DNA of 64,000 nucleotides from an uncultured Gammaproteobacteria bacterium (GCA_964620905.1 CAZUKA010000001.1:369107-433106), one strand, 5' to 3'; positions 47,721 to 57,821 are shown, numbered from the stretch's first letter. The notes: generated by a model from the letters alone, not told the origin. Numbers and translations: made by a program.

Positions 47721-49844
47721 TTATTTGGGCACAACTTCACTCCAAATAGGCAAACTTTTGGCAAAATCTTGTAAGCCCGGAGGGGTATTTACTGTCATCC
47801 GACCATCATAAATAACTTGTTCAGACGCTTGTTTTAAAACTGAAGCATAGGTTCTTTCCATCTCAAATTTTCTAGCCATCATCATACCATTGACTAGCAA
47901 AGGTTCACTGCCTGCACCAGTAAGAATCCGACCACAACCTGAATCTGGACAATCTACCCCATCTTTTCCCAAAACAATAAAATTACCTGCTAACTCAGTA
48001 ACTTCTGGATCAATTATTATATCACCAAAAACAATAAAGGCAACTGACGGCAGATCTTTAAAACTTGTTAAAGGATTGTCTCCGTAAGTAATATTTCTGT
48101 TAATATGTAAATCACCATTCACCACAAAAGTGGTGGCTCCACTGGAAAATTCTACTGATACATCGGTTCGGCTCTTGGTAAATTGGCAAAGAGCAGTACT
48201 ATTAGTACTAATAAATACTCCCTCACCTTTAGCAACATTCCAGTTTTGAAGCCAATCAGGTGGTGGACTAGGATTATAATGATTCACGACGGTAATACAG
48301 GAAGTCCCCTGAAAATTCATTGCAAACGGTGCACCTATAGTATATTGAGTTGCACCGACTAAACGGTAAGTCAGTGAGGTAATGGGTGTGCCATTTACTT
48401 CAACTTGTTCGGGGGTAATGTTTCTAAAAAAATAACCTTCACCGATTTTAAAATTTGTTGCAGGAATATACGCACCTTTAAAAATCCAAACAGTGCCAGT
48501 GGCATTCGTAAACACATCTTTGATAAGTTGACCATCCATTTCTTGTATTACAGGACTTACATAATTCCAGTCTGTTGTAAGATTGTAAGTAAATACTCCG
48601 GGAGCAACATCTTCACCCATAATCAAATCACCACCTACAACCACTCGTCGATTGGGATTAGTGTATAAACCAGATATTATTGAATCACCTGGCAAAGATT
48701 GATAATCACCGTATTTGTTGGTCCTAGGTTCTATAATTCCTGGAATATCCAGTTTGCCTAATATATTGAAATAATTGGTACTGGCATTGGGTAAAGAAAT
48801 ATCAAAAGGAAAATTAGGCACAACATATTGGCCAGTACCAAAAGTTGAATATTTTTCTTCACTGGTAAAATTTTGAATATTTCCACCAGCTAAAATCAAA
48901 TAAGTAGCATTGTATTTGCCACTGGGTGGAGCTAGGTCAGGAGTTATATTGGTCCGTACATAAACATCACCTTCAGTAGTTTGAATATAAGGTATAGCAA
49001 CTTGAACACTAGCCCCAGGACATAAACCTCTCTCATAAGTTGGATCGCCACCTCGATACTCTTCATTAATACATAACCAACCATAACCATGATAAGGCAT
49101 GGCATCTAGACTGGTACTATCACCAGTATCAAAAGCATTCCAGGCCAGTCCTCTGATTTCCAAGGTACTAGTAGAAAAACGTAAACCATATTGATCATCG
49201 CTATCTTTGATATTACCCCGCAAAGAAATCCAACCTTTCTCTCCCCAACTTACCGTACTGGTGGCGGCGATAATTTTTGCCCATCCTGAAATCTTGGCTG
49301 GATTTTGGTCTGGTTCGTAAGTAACTTTTATTTGTGGTGAACCCGATACTGGGTCAACATTTTTTGGTTCCCATTCATCTCCTCGCCAATCATCACAATA
49401 ATTTTGTCCACCGCCGGCATTGCAACAACTCTCACCAAAACAAATCCAACCAACCCCACTACTCCAAATCCAACCAGTTATTTCCCTGGTTTGTAAATTT
49501 GCCTGCAGTCCATAAGCACCAAATACGCCCCCTTTATCACTAGCACAAACTTCACTAGCAGGTGGATAATCACATACAAATCCACTAGGGGTGGTTGTGG
49601 AATAAGTACAATAACAATCATTAAAAGAAGTGAGTCCATAGCCAGAACGAAAAGTACCGCTAAGTCGTGATAACAATGGCGACCAACCCCAGCCGTAAAT
49701 ATTGTCATCATAAGCGCTCTGGGAACCAGGCACAAAAGTCAATAAAACCGCCAGCAAAAAAAATAAACTAGCTAAACTTATACCAGCCCAGGCAAAATAG
49801 CTAGGTAGTTTTTTTTGTTTGGTTGTTTGAAAAAACCTGTGCAT
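47721..49844 (-). CDS. Large secreted Cys/Trp-rich protein at the end of the pil operon (possible pilus-associated adhesin).
   Basis: ORF with an N-terminal TM/signal anchor. No family recognised. Confidence 0.5.
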   Translation of the reverse strand: MHRFFQTTKQKKLPSYFAWAGISLASLFFLLAVLLTFVPGSQSAYDDNIYGWGWSPLLSRLSGTFRSGYGLTSFNDCYCTYSTTTPSGFVCDYPPASEVCASDKGGVFGAYGLQANLQTREITGWIWSSGVGWICFGESCCNAGGGQNYCDDWRGDEWEPKNVDPVSGSPQIKVTYEPDQNPAKISGWAKIIAATSTVSWGEKGWISLRGNIKDSDDQYGLRFSTSTLEIRGLAWNAFDTGDSTSLDAMPYHGYGWLCINEEYRGGDPTYERGLCPGASVQVAIPYIQTTEGDVYVRTNITPDLAPPSGKYNATYLILAGGNIQNFTSEEKYSTFGTGQYVVPNFPFDISLPNASTNYFNILGKLDIPGIIEPRTNKYGDYQSLPGDSIISGLYTNPNRRVVVGGDLIMGEDVAPGVFTYNLTTDWNYVSPVIQEMDGQLIKDVFTNATGTVWIFKGAYIPATNFKIGEGYFFRNITPEQVEVNGTPITSLTYRLVGATQYTIGAPFAMNFQGTSCITVVNHYNPSPPPDWLQNWNVAKGEGVFISTNSTALCQFTKSRTDVSVEFSSGATTFVVNGDLHINRNITYGDNPLTSFKDLPSVAFIVFGDIIIDPEVTELAGNFIVLGKDGVDCPDSGCGRILTGAGSEPLLVNGMMMARKFEMERTYASVLKQASEQVIYDGRMTVNTPPGLQDFAKSLPIWSEVVPK

Positions 49845-49898
49845 GCGAATTCTGTTTTAACTATTTTAAAAATATATCAAAAACAATCTAAAGGCAAT

Positions 49899-50516
49899 TT
49901 AAAAATATCCACCAGTAAAAAACTGAAAAAGTTTATTGATGATAGGCGCGATCAATTGCCAAAAAAAGAAAACAAAAAACAAAACCAACATCATACCGTA
50001 TCTCTCCAAATTCAACCGCCACTGCCACCAAAACTTATTGTCAGGCAGTAAAGAAAAAAGTATTTTTGAGCCATCCAATGGCGGTATCGGCACTAGATTA
50101 AATATCGCCAGTAAAATATTGATATAAATAATCAATGACAAAAAATCAACATAAACACCCGGTTCTGCCAATCTGACAACCATTCCCAAAATCAAGGCGA
50201 TAAATAAATTTACTCCTGGCCCAGCTACAGCAACAATTGCTTCTCCCCAGCGACGATTGCGCAGATTGAAGGGGTTGTAGGGTACGGGTTTAGCCCAACC
50301 GATCAAAAAATTTCCAGGCAACAAAAGTAGCAACAACGGCACAAATATCGTACCCACCGGATCGATATGTGGTAGGGGATTCAAAGTCAAACGGCCAGCA
50401 AGACGCGCGGTTGGATCACCTTGCTTTTCGGCTGCCCAGCCATGCATATACTCATGAATAATTGCTGAGATTATCACGATTAAAAAAAAGAATACGCTGG
50501 TTAATATGTCAGTCAT
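49899..50516 (-). CDS. Membrane zinc metalloprotease (site-2 protease / M50-like).
   Basis: HEYMHG is the HExxH motif, within a polytopic membrane protein. Confidence 0.6.
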   Translation of the reverse strand: MTDILTSVFFFLIVIISAIIHEYMHGWAAEKQGDPTARLAGRLTLNPLPHIDPVGTIFVPLLLLLLPGNFLIGWAKPVPYNPFNLRNRRWGEAIVAVAGPGVNLFIALILGMVVRLAEPGVYVDFLSLIIYINILLAIFNLVPIPPLDGSKILFSLLPDNKFWWQWRLNLERYGMMLVLFFVFFFWQLIAPIINKLFQFFTGGYF

Positions 50517-50525
50517 TTAAAAAAA

Positions 50526-51074
50526 TTAAAACTTAAAATGTTCACTAATTAGTTCAGCACATTTTTCTGCACTTAAAACCGTATTATCAAGCTTGAGATA
50601 ATTTTTGTCAGTAAAATAATTGATATCCGAAATAAAATCCTTGTCTTTTTCCAAAGCCGCCAAACCCTTGACGGTAGCCACTTTATTCATTTCTTTACGA
50701 GTGGCACTTTTTACCCTGGCCTTGCGTTCAGTTTCACTGGACTGCAATTCGACAAAATAAACTGGCATTTTTTTTCGTTTGGAAATTTTCAACACTCTTT
50801 CTACAAAACTCTGATCACGAACATCATTGAAAGCCCAAACAAATGTCATTACCAACCCTTTGATATGTTTTAAAGTTGCAGCTGTCCCGATGATCATTTC
50901 TCTGATGCCCTCATCAGCTTGACGATATTCAGTAGTGCCAAAAAAGAAAAAATCATCAAGCAAATCAAATATTTCCTGCTTGTGTAAAATGCGAAAACCA
51001 CATCTTTTAGCTAACTCCCTGCCAACAGTCAGTTTGCCTACCGCCGGCGGGCCAAAAATTATAACCAATTTCAT
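50526..51074 (-). CDS. P-loop kinase-like protein.
   Basis: Walker A IFGPPAVGKLTV. Confidence 0.55.
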   Translation of the reverse strand: MKLVIIFGPPAVGKLTVGRELAKRCGFRILHKQEIFDLLDDFFFFGTTEYRQADEGIREMIIGTAATLKHIKGLVMTFVWAFNDVRDQSFVERVLKISKRKKMPVYFVELQSSETERKARVKSATRKEMNKVATVKGLAALEKDKDFISDINYFTDKNYLKLDNTVLSAEKCAELISEHFKF

Positions 51075-51126
51075 AACTATTTTTTAAAATATGTTATATA
51101 ATTATTATAACATAAGCAAAATTTTT

Positions 51127-51726
51127 ATGTACCAACCTAATGACAAATACGCCCAAAAAGCAAAAAACGCTGGCTGGAGGTCACGGGCAGTTTATAAACT
51201 GGAAGAAATTGACCACAAGTTTTCTTTGTTCCAATCGGGTGATATGGTACTTGATCTAGGAGCTGCACCGGGCTCGTGGCTGCAATATGCGGCCAAAAAG
51301 GTAGGAAAAAAAGGCAAAATTTTTGGAATCGATCTTGCCCCAATTAAACCTTTGACTGAAAAAAATATCTACTTGATAAAACAAGATATATTCCAAACGC
51401 AAAACTGGCTAAATATCTTGCCAAAAAAAATCGATATCATCCTGTCTGATGCAGCGCCCGCAACCAGTGGTATCAAATTTGTTGACTGTGCTAAATCCGT
51501 AGCTTTGGTTGAGCAGTCATTAAAAATTGCCAAGGAAATTTTAAAATCCAATGGCAAATTCTGCGCCAAAATTTTCCTAAGTCCCGAAGCTGAACATCTT
51601 TATCAACAAATGAAAAAATATTTTTCCGTCTGCCACCGTCTAAAACCCCGTGCCAGTAGGACAGACAGTAAGGAAACCTACTATGTCGGTATTGGCTATA
51701 AGCCACCTGGTAAAACTTTGATCTGA
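51127..51726 (+). CDS. rlmE: 23S rRNA (uridine-2'-O)-methyltransferase RlmE (FtsJ). The start is probably the ATG at 51127.
   Basis: RSRAVYKLEEID...VLDLGAAPGSW...DAAP is the FtsJ SAM-MTase signature. Confidence 0.85.
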   Translation: MYQPNDKYAQKAKNAGWRSRAVYKLEEIDHKFSLFQSGDMVLDLGAAPGSWLQYAAKKVGKKGKIFGIDLAPIKPLTEKNIYLIKQDIFQTQNWLNILPKKIDIILSDAAPATSGIKFVDCAKSVALVEQSLKIAKEILKSNGKFCAKIFLSPEAEHLYQQMKKYFSVCHRLKPRASRTDSKETYYVGIGYKPPGKTLI

Positions 51727-52079
51727 CTGGCTAAAACTGACTTGGTGCCAATAAACTTTATTTTGATCTCCACTGTCTGACCAACTTGTATTTCTGATAA
51801 ATCTATCAACTCGTCTTGAGCAGAAAAAATTTCAGCCGTTGGTAAAAATCCTACCAATACACCGCCTTCATCTGCATAATCAACAACCAAAATATTAGCC
51901 ACTCCATCAACCCGCTTCACCACCGCTTGAATACTGTGGGTGGTCACCAAAGGCAAACTAGGATTGATATCTAACTTATCGCTGGGCTGACGAATAAAAA
52001 ATAAAATCAAAACAACAATCAAGGCTGTCAAGGATAAATAAGTAATCAGGATAAAAATATATTTTTTTTGTCCGCGCAT
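51696..52079 (-). CDS. Hypothetical membrane-anchored protein.
   Basis: ORF with an N-terminal TM. Its 3' end overlaps the convergent rlmE by 31 nt. Confidence 0.4.
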   Translation of the reverse strand: MRGQKKYIFILITYLSLTALIVVLILFFIRQPSDKLDINPSLPLVTTHSIQAVVKRVDGVANILVVDYADEGGVLVGFLPTAEIFSAQDELIDLSEIQVGQTVEIKIKFIGTKSVLASQIKVLPGGL

Positions 52080-52082
52080 AGA

Positions 52083-52553
52083 TTAAAAATCTTTTACTGT
52101 TGCCACTGCTTGCTGGCTAATTGTCTTGTCTGCCACGCTGACAAAAGTAAAACTAGCTTTGATTTTCTGTCCAGCCAAAACTAAAGGTAGCCAATATTTA
52201 TCATCAGGCCACATTTCTTCATAAGGGATTTGCTCTAAATCAAACCAAGCGGGCTTCATTTCCTCCGATTCTCTAATCTGACCGGTAAATTTGTCAGTCA
52301 AAAAAACATGAACTAACAAATTGGTCGCCTCAGCAACAAAATGAAATTCTATTTCAGCTACCTTAATTAAACTTTCGGCTTGAATTCCAGCTTCTTCCCT
52401 TAATTCTCGTCTGCTGGCAGCAATTATACTCTCCCCTGCTTCCACTTTACCACCAAAACCATTCCACTGTTTAGCACCAAAACCTCTTTTTTTATAACCC
52501 AATAAAAGCCGATTGCCTGATCGGACTAAGCATAAGGTCAAATGTTTAGGCAT
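52083..52553 (-). CDS. NUDIX hydrolase. The start is probably the internal ATG (MPKHLTL...).
   Basis: Nudix box GGKVEAGESIIAASRRELREEAGI. Confidence 0.8.
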   Translation of the reverse strand: MPKHLTLCLVRSGNRLLLGYKKRGFGAKQWNGFGGKVEAGESIIAASRRELREEAGIQAESLIKVAEIEFHFVAEATNLLVHVFLTDKFTGQIRESEEMKPAWFDLEQIPYEEMWPDDKYWLPLVLAGQKIKASFTFVSVADKTISQQAVATVKDF

Positions 52554-52555
52554 AG

Positions 52556-53077
52556 TCAAATTATTTTCTTTTCTTGCCAGTAAATTATCCCACCGACGAT
52601 TAAAGCGGCCAAAAAGAAAGAAGCTCCATACAAACATGACGAATCAAAAATTGAAGTCATAAGTCCACTGCAACCAACTACCGGTTGACCAGCAGCTTGT
52701 TTTAACTGCCACCACTCCCACGCTACCACACTCCAAGCAAACAGCGTACCACCTAGTAAAAACAAGGTGTGAAAAAATCTTTGTTTAATTTGTTGGGCTT
52801 TGATAGAAATATTTAAAATATACCAGGTCCAAAATAAAGCTACCAAAAAACCAAGGCCTCCATAAAAACATGGCGTGGTGACTGGATTAGTATAAACGCA
52901 ATCAGTCACTTTAAAAATCGTACCTTCGGTTGCATAAAAATTGATAAACTCTCTGATAATTGTTTGCCAAGCAAAAATAGTGCCACCCAATAAAAACAAA
53001 ATTTGCAGCCATTTGATAACTTTTGAATTTTTCATAAAATTAAATTGGATATTGTTTATTATAACTATTTCTGTCAA
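52556..53077 (-). CDS. 4-TM membrane protein with an internal duplication. Each half carries a conserved Cys pair (possible thiol-oxidoreductase-like).
   Basis: DCVYTNPVTTPC and GCSGLMTSIFDSSC sit in equivalent loops of the two repeats. Confidence 0.45.
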   Translation of the reverse strand: MTEIVIINNIQFNFMKNSKVIKWLQILFLLGGTIFAWQTIIREFINFYATEGTIFKVTDCVYTNPVTTPCFYGGLGFLVALFWTWYILNISIKAQQIKQRFFHTLFLLGGTLFAWSVVAWEWWQLKQAAGQPVVGCSGLMTSIFDSSCLYGASFFLAALIVGGIIYWQEKKII

Positions 53078-53157
53078 TAAAATAAAGGAGGTATTGACTA
53101 ATATATAAAAAATTATATTTTTAAAATATCCTTACCTTAAAATCACAGGAGTCCACT

Positions 53158-53298
53158 ATGAAACATAAAAAAATTTTTTGGCTGCCAATATTTATCACTT
53201 TGTCTGTTTACTCATTTTACAAATGGCGAAAAAAAATAAACTCGCCAAAATTTCCCCAATTAATTGGCTCGCAAGAAACTTTGGATAGTATTTTTTAA
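53158..53298 (+). CDS. Small ORF (46 aa) absent from the track. It is a predicted single-TM peptide.
   Basis: MKHKKIFWLPIFITLSVYSFYKWRKK... The SD caggag lies 6 nt upstream. It is followed by the terminator aaccctg-attataa-cagggttttt. Confidence 0.45.
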   Translation: MKHKKIFWLPIFITLSVYSFYKWRKKINSPKFPQLIGSQETLDSIF

Positions 53299-53323
53299 AT
53301 AAACCCTGATTATAACAGGGTTT

Positions 53324-54070
53324 TTATTTTTCTACTTTTTTGGCTGCCTGACGATAATCACAATAACCACAACTTGAAGAAGGAGCCGGTAATACCGAGG
53401 CAGTCAAACATTGCTTGGCTTGAATGATGGTTTCTTCCACCCAACTATCATCACCCTGATAAGGGATAATTTGAACATCAAAATCAAGTCGCCCGTCAAA
53501 AGCTCGTCTGTCTTTTTTTCCGTTGGCATAGACAAAATATCCGATGTCGGACACGCTAAAACCATTGCGACGAAAAAGCCACTGATAAATTTCCATCTGG
53601 CGTTTAAAACTCTGTCGATATTCATCAGCCAAAGAAATTTCATTTTCCGAACTAGTAGCTTTATAATCAACAATCATCAATTCCTCTTGCTTATTGATCC
53701 AAACATCATCAACTGCGCCATAAATCAACCAGTTGGTTGCTGGATGCAAATATTGAATACCAGTGAAATTGTGCCGCCATTTATCCATATTTGGATGTTG
53801 CCAAGGAATTGCATCAATACCGTAAGTTGCCATCATGGGATGGGATTGTTGTTTAATCCGATGAATATCAAATTCTTTTTTCATCAAAGCATCAACGGCA
53901 TTATTGAGAGTATAAGGAAACATCGGTGGCCTGGCGACACCCATTTTCCTATCTAAATAAAAACAGCGCTGGCAGTCCATAAAAAGTTCCAATTTAGACC
54001 GAGACAATTTAAAAGGCTGCGATTTGCCAGAAGAAAATAAATTGTTGTTTTTTACTTTGTTTATTGTCAT
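53324..54070 (-). CDS. Cas4-like PD-(D/E)XK nuclease with an Fe-S Cys cluster (orphan).
   Basis: Cys pairs CQRC near the N-terminus and CGYC at the C-terminus. The motif IVDYKAT is PD-(D/E)XK-like. No cas genes or CRISPR array are in the window. Confidence 0.6.
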   Translation of the reverse strand: MTINKVKNNNLFSSGKSQPFKLSRSKLELFMDCQRCFYLDRKMGVARPPMFPYTLNNAVDALMKKEFDIHRIKQQSHPMMATYGIDAIPWQHPNMDKWRHNFTGIQYLHPATNWLIYGAVDDVWINKQEELMIVDYKATSSENEISLADEYRQSFKRQMEIYQWLFRRNGFSVSDIGYFVYANGKKDRRAFDGRLDFDVQIIPYQGDDSWVEETIIQAKQCLTASVLPAPSSSCGYCDYRQAAKKVEK

Positions 54071-54177
54071 AAACGCTCTTTGATAAAATAATTCATTTTT
54101 TTCTTTTTTTTATACTGGCGCGAAAACGCCAAGTGGCTGGTGTTCGATAAGTTGGTAGACCGCGCCGTTTACCAACC

Positions 54178-54687
54178 TTAGAATGATTTTTCATTTTTTT
54201 TATTTAAATGACTAACTAGCCAAACTATATAGACAGTCAGTAATAAAGTCCAATTGGCCATAAATACCCAAGGTGTACTCCAAGCAATACCGGCAAAATA
54301 AGGAGTGGAAAACGGCCAAAGAAAAGGTGTTGGGAAAAAATCAAGACCATGGGTGAAAATATCAAATATTATATGTAATGGCCAGGCGAGTAGCGGTAAA
54401 AATATTTTTTTGATTGACAAATACAAAACAAAAATAACTACGCCAACTACGACTAAGCTATGGGTCAAATTGTAAAGCCAATGCACATAAACCGGAATTG
54501 CACTCATCGGTGGTACTCCTTGTGACCAATCAATTTGAGCAGCCAAACCCAACCAAACTAAAACTGTAAGTATTCCAAAAGAAAATAAATCTGGTGCCAA
54601 ACCAAAAAACACTGCCAACCAATAATCCGTCTTTTTTTGTCTACCCACAGCAACTCCGCCCCAGAGACCATGCGCAATGATATCCAT
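54178..54687 (-). CDS. Membrane-bound metal-dependent hydrolase-like protein (DUF457/YdjM-like).
   Basis: MDIIAHGLWG...HGLDF. Confidence 0.5.
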   Translation of the reverse strand: MDIIAHGLWGGVAVGRQKKTDYWLAVFFGLAPDLFSFGILTVLVWLGLAAQIDWSQGVPPMSAIPVYVHWLYNLTHSLVVVGVVIFVLYLSIKKIFLPLLAWPLHIIFDIFTHGLDFFPTPFLWPFSTPYFAGIAWSTPWVFMANWTLLLTVYIVWLVSHLNKKNEKSF

Positions 54688-54688
54688 G

Positions 54689-55198
54689 CTAGTTGAGTTT
54701 AAATTTTACTGGGACCCTCACTTCAGCCCCGTGTTCTGGCAGCCCCGAGGGATTGGCTTTTTCAAAAATCAATTCCCCCTGATCAATATCAACCGGTGAA
54801 GTAAACTCTATTACCGCTGTAAAAGGTACAAATTCATTGGTCATCCAATCACCTTGTGCCTGAGCTGTAGTATTACCTAAAATCAAACCATGAATAGTTG
54901 TAAGTTGAATGGGAAATACTGCCTCAAAATACCAACTACCCCTAGCTTGACCCGTGATAGTTAGTGGACTCGTTATCTCCTCATCTGTTTGGGGTAAAAA
55001 AATTTCAATATCAGAAGGTTTGACAACTACACTATCCCCGCAACCTACTAATGGTTGCGGTGAACTGGGATTGCCGTGTGCCACCCAAACACCATCTTTA
55101 CAAAGCCAAGTGTCTTCCGGTTGGGTAAAACGCCAAACTGTTACCATCATTACTATAATTGCCAACAAACCAACTATAATTAAATAATTTTTTTTCAT
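54689..55198 (-). CDS. Secreted Ig-like domain protein (hypothetical).
   Basis: ORF with a signal anchor and a beta-rich sequence. Confidence 0.45.
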   Translation of the reverse strand: MKKNYLIIVGLLAIIVMMVTVWRFTQPEDTWLCKDGVWVAHGNPSSPQPLVGCGDSVVVKPSDIEIFLPQTDEEITSPLTITGQARGSWYFEAVFPIQLTTIHGLILGNTTAQAQGDWMTNEFVPFTAVIEFTSPVDIDQGELIFEKANPSGLPEHGAEVRVPVKFKLN

Positions 55199-55206
55199 AT
55201 ATTAAA

Positions 55207-56163
55207 TTAATAATTAATATTCTTTAAACATTGGTTAAATGATTCCACTTGCAAATTATAAATATTAACCATTGACCGCAACTGCTCAGCCGCTTGTTTA
55301 TATTTTTCTACCAGAGCGTTGTATTGATTTACTTGCTCATTGTAAATCTCGATGGTCTGATTGTTTGCATCTGATCCGGGTCGATTGGCAGCTAATTCTG
55401 TTTGCCAAACTGCCAAACTGTCTGCTTGCTTATCTAAATCTAATTTTAAATTATCAATTTGTTTTTTTAGATTAGCCTCTACTTCTGGACAAGCTGATAA
55501 AGGCCGACCAAATTCCTGTACTGCCAACCAAGTAAAACTGCCTTCAAATTCAACATAAGCAACCGCCACCCCAATTTCCAAATAATTTTTACTCAAAATA
55601 TTCTCCCTGTGTCCTGGACTTTCCATCCACGCTTTAACTACCTCGGCATCATCTTGATAACTACCTAAAGCTAAATTTTCTCCAATCGCAATATATTTAT
55701 ATCCTGTAGGAGCAATTACCTCGGCTGTTCCTATTCCTTGGGGCGACACATGGCCAAAATACTGTTGAACAATCATATCATCTAATTTTTGACGCGCCGC
55801 TTGTGATAATAAATTGTTTTCTTTTAATAATGTTAAATCATACTGTTGGCGTTGTTGATTGGTTTGAAAAATTATCCCAGCTACAGTTAAATCACCAGCA
55901 ATTTCCTCTCTATTTCGCCGCAACGGTTCAGGAGTTTTAATTGTCGGTACATTTTCTTGTATTTTTTCTGCTTGCTCAACTAGTACTTGAGAAACTGTTG
56001 CCAAAGAATTATCCAACCAAGATCGATCTAGCTTGGTGTCTGACAGCACCATACCTTGCCACAACAAATCAGACTGATTTTTTTGCCACCAAGCCAATGA
56101 TATAAAAATAAAAAATAACAGCAATAAACCAACTAATTTTGTTCGTCTGCCAACCATAGGCAA
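55207..56163 (-). CDS. CAP (SCP/PR-1-like) domain protein with a C-terminal coiled-coil.
   Basis: ...KAWMESPGHRENILSKNYLEIGVAVA... Confidence 0.7.
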   Translation of the reverse strand: MPMVGRRTKLVGLLLLFFIFISLAWWQKNQSDLLWQGMVLSDTKLDRSWLDNSLATVSQVLVEQAEKIQENVPTIKTPEPLRRNREEIAGDLTVAGIIFQTNQQRQQYDLTLLKENNLLSQAARQKLDDMIVQQYFGHVSPQGIGTAEVIAPTGYKYIAIGENLALGSYQDDAEVVKAWMESPGHRENILSKNYLEIGVAVAYVEFEGSFTWLAVQEFGRPLSACPEVEANLKKQIDNLKLDLDKQADSLAVWQTELAANRPGSDANNQTIEIYNEQVNQYNALVEKYKQAAEQLRSMVNIYNLQVESFNQCLKNINY

Positions 56164-56174
56164 AAAAATAAAAA

Positions 56175-56564
56175 CTATTCGGTAGTTACGCCGTCAAAGT
56201 GTTCCTCAACTTGTGCATCTTTTTTAGTAGCATGAACAACATCGTGTCGGTGTTCGGGCGGAGAATAAAGTGAATATAATTTCATATCTTCCGTACCAGT
56301 GTTGATTATGTTGTGTCTCAGACCGGCTGGAATCACTAAGGCAAAATCATCAGCAATTTCATGCGTCACACCACCAAGTAAAGCTTGACCTTTACCACCT
56401 TCAATTCTAATAAACTGATCAAGCTCATGCACTTCTTCGCCAATATCCTCCCCTGGTAATAAGCTCATTACTACCAATTGACTGTGCTTGGCCGTATAAA
56501 GTACTTTGCGAAAATTTTTGTTGTTTTTTGTTTCCTGTTCAATATTTACTACATAACCTTGCAT
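56175..56564 (-). CDS. Cupin-domain protein.
   Basis: Cupin beta-barrel motifs (G..HE.D....I..G.G). Confidence 0.6.
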   Translation of the reverse strand: MQGYVVNIEQETKNNKNFRKVLYTAKHSQLVVMSLLPGEDIGEEVHELDQFIRIEGGKGQALLGGVTHEIADDFALVIPAGLRHNIINTGTEDMKLYSLYSPPEHRHDVVHATKKDAQVEEHFDGVTTE

Positions 56565-56711
56565 AAAAATTTGTTTAATTATTAATATTTATCATCAGTA
56601 TAACATAATCCAAATATTTATCCCAATAAAAAATTTTCTTGATTTTGACTTGACTTTTTTGATTTTTCTGTCAAAATAAATCAATCTTACTTTAAAAATC
56701 AAGGAGAAAAA

Positions 56712-57194
56712 ATGAACTATAAAATAAAACTATTCAAAAAAATCTATAATTCTGACGAACTAACTGCTGGTTTACTTTACCAACTGTTTGCCGAATACAA
56801 CGGCGGTCAAATTGAAATAGAATATTTTACCACCACCAGTTCGGGGAAAAAAAGAAGAGGGATATTGAGAGGGGTGATAGATTTTATTTTTATTGATCAA
56901 ATAAACAGACAAGAAGTGGTGCGTGTCAAATTTATGTGGCTAGCAGCAAAATTAAATCTCAAAAATAAAAAATTTATCTTAACCAACTACCAATCTATAT
57001 CCTTCACCAAATACCAAAAAGAATATTTTGGTAAAAATCCTACCTATGATAAGAGCGCGGTCTTATTATTACTTGATGAGGATGAAGATGAAAAAATAGC
57101 TGATCCCAATAGCTATAAAGTAGTTAAGGTTGATTTTATTGATGGCAATGATCCAAATTATCTAAGATTTGAATCATTACAAAACTCCGATTGA
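56712..57194 (+). CDS. Hypothetical protein.
   Basis: ORF with RBS aaggag. Confidence 0.45.
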   Translation: MNYKIKLFKKIYNSDELTAGLLYQLFAEYNGGQIEIEYFTTTSSGKKRRGILRGVIDFIFIDQINRQEVVRVKFMWLAAKLNLKNKKFILTNYQSISFTKYQKEYFGKNPTYDKSAVLLLLDEDEDEKIADPNSYKVVKVDFIDGNDPNYLRFESLQNSD

Positions 57195-57206
57195 TGGCGG
57201 AGTTTT

Positions 57207-57821
57207 TTATTTGTTTCTCAATTTATAAATTGAGATGGTTATAAACATCCCGGCTAAAGCAGCCGCACTCAATAATATATAAATGATTATTTCTTTAAAA
57301 AATCTTTCGGTAAAAATTTGTATCAATAAACTATTACCTGAAAATGTAAAATTCCCTTGGGGAAAAAAGACATGATGAAAGTACAAAAAACTGACAGCAA
57401 AATCAACCAAAGCTAAAAAGGCTAAAACAAAAATAAAAAATAAGGCAAAAATAGCGCCATTGCGCAACAAGCGATAAAAATCATCCAGTGCACCCAAAAT
57501 TCTAAAAAATATATAAAACCCTCCCAATAAAACCACCGCGCCCAGCAAAATCAATTCTCCAAAATAAAACAAATTGGCAACATCAGCCAAATGACTAACT
57601 TCTGCATCTGAAAAAACTTCAGGCACGTCTTTACGAGTCAATAAATATTTTAAAGTCTGTTTGGTAATTGTTTCTAGATCAATCGCTGACAACTGACTAG
57701 TCTGTGTGTTCGCAACGGTTTGCCAAACAATTTGAGGTTGCCACAAAAGAAAAAATAGTGGGGTCAACAATAAAAATATTGTAGTGGCGACAATAATCAA
57801 AAAACGAATTATTATTTTCAT
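57207..57821 (-). CDS. Hypothetical membrane protein.
   Basis: ORF with multiple TMs. Confidence 0.45.
   Translation of the reverse strand: MKIIIRFLIIVATTIFLLLTPLFFLLWQPQIVWQTVANTQTSQLSAIDLETITKQTLKYLLTRKDVPEVFSDAEVSHLADVANLFYFGELILLGAVVLLGGFYIFFRILGALDDFYRLLRNGAIFALFFIFVLAFLALVDFAVSFLYFHHVFFPQGNFTFSGNSLLIQIFTERFFKEIIIYILLSAAALAGMFITISIYKLRNK

Noticed and set aside
51091-51126. N-terminal 12 codons of the track ORF for rlmE (MLYNYYNISKIF) and similar 5' extensions of smpB (8092) and NUDIX (52554-52637)
   Set aside because: The extensions overlap upstream genes or lack family homology. Internal ATGs give proteins of canonical length that begin at conserved N-terminal motifs.
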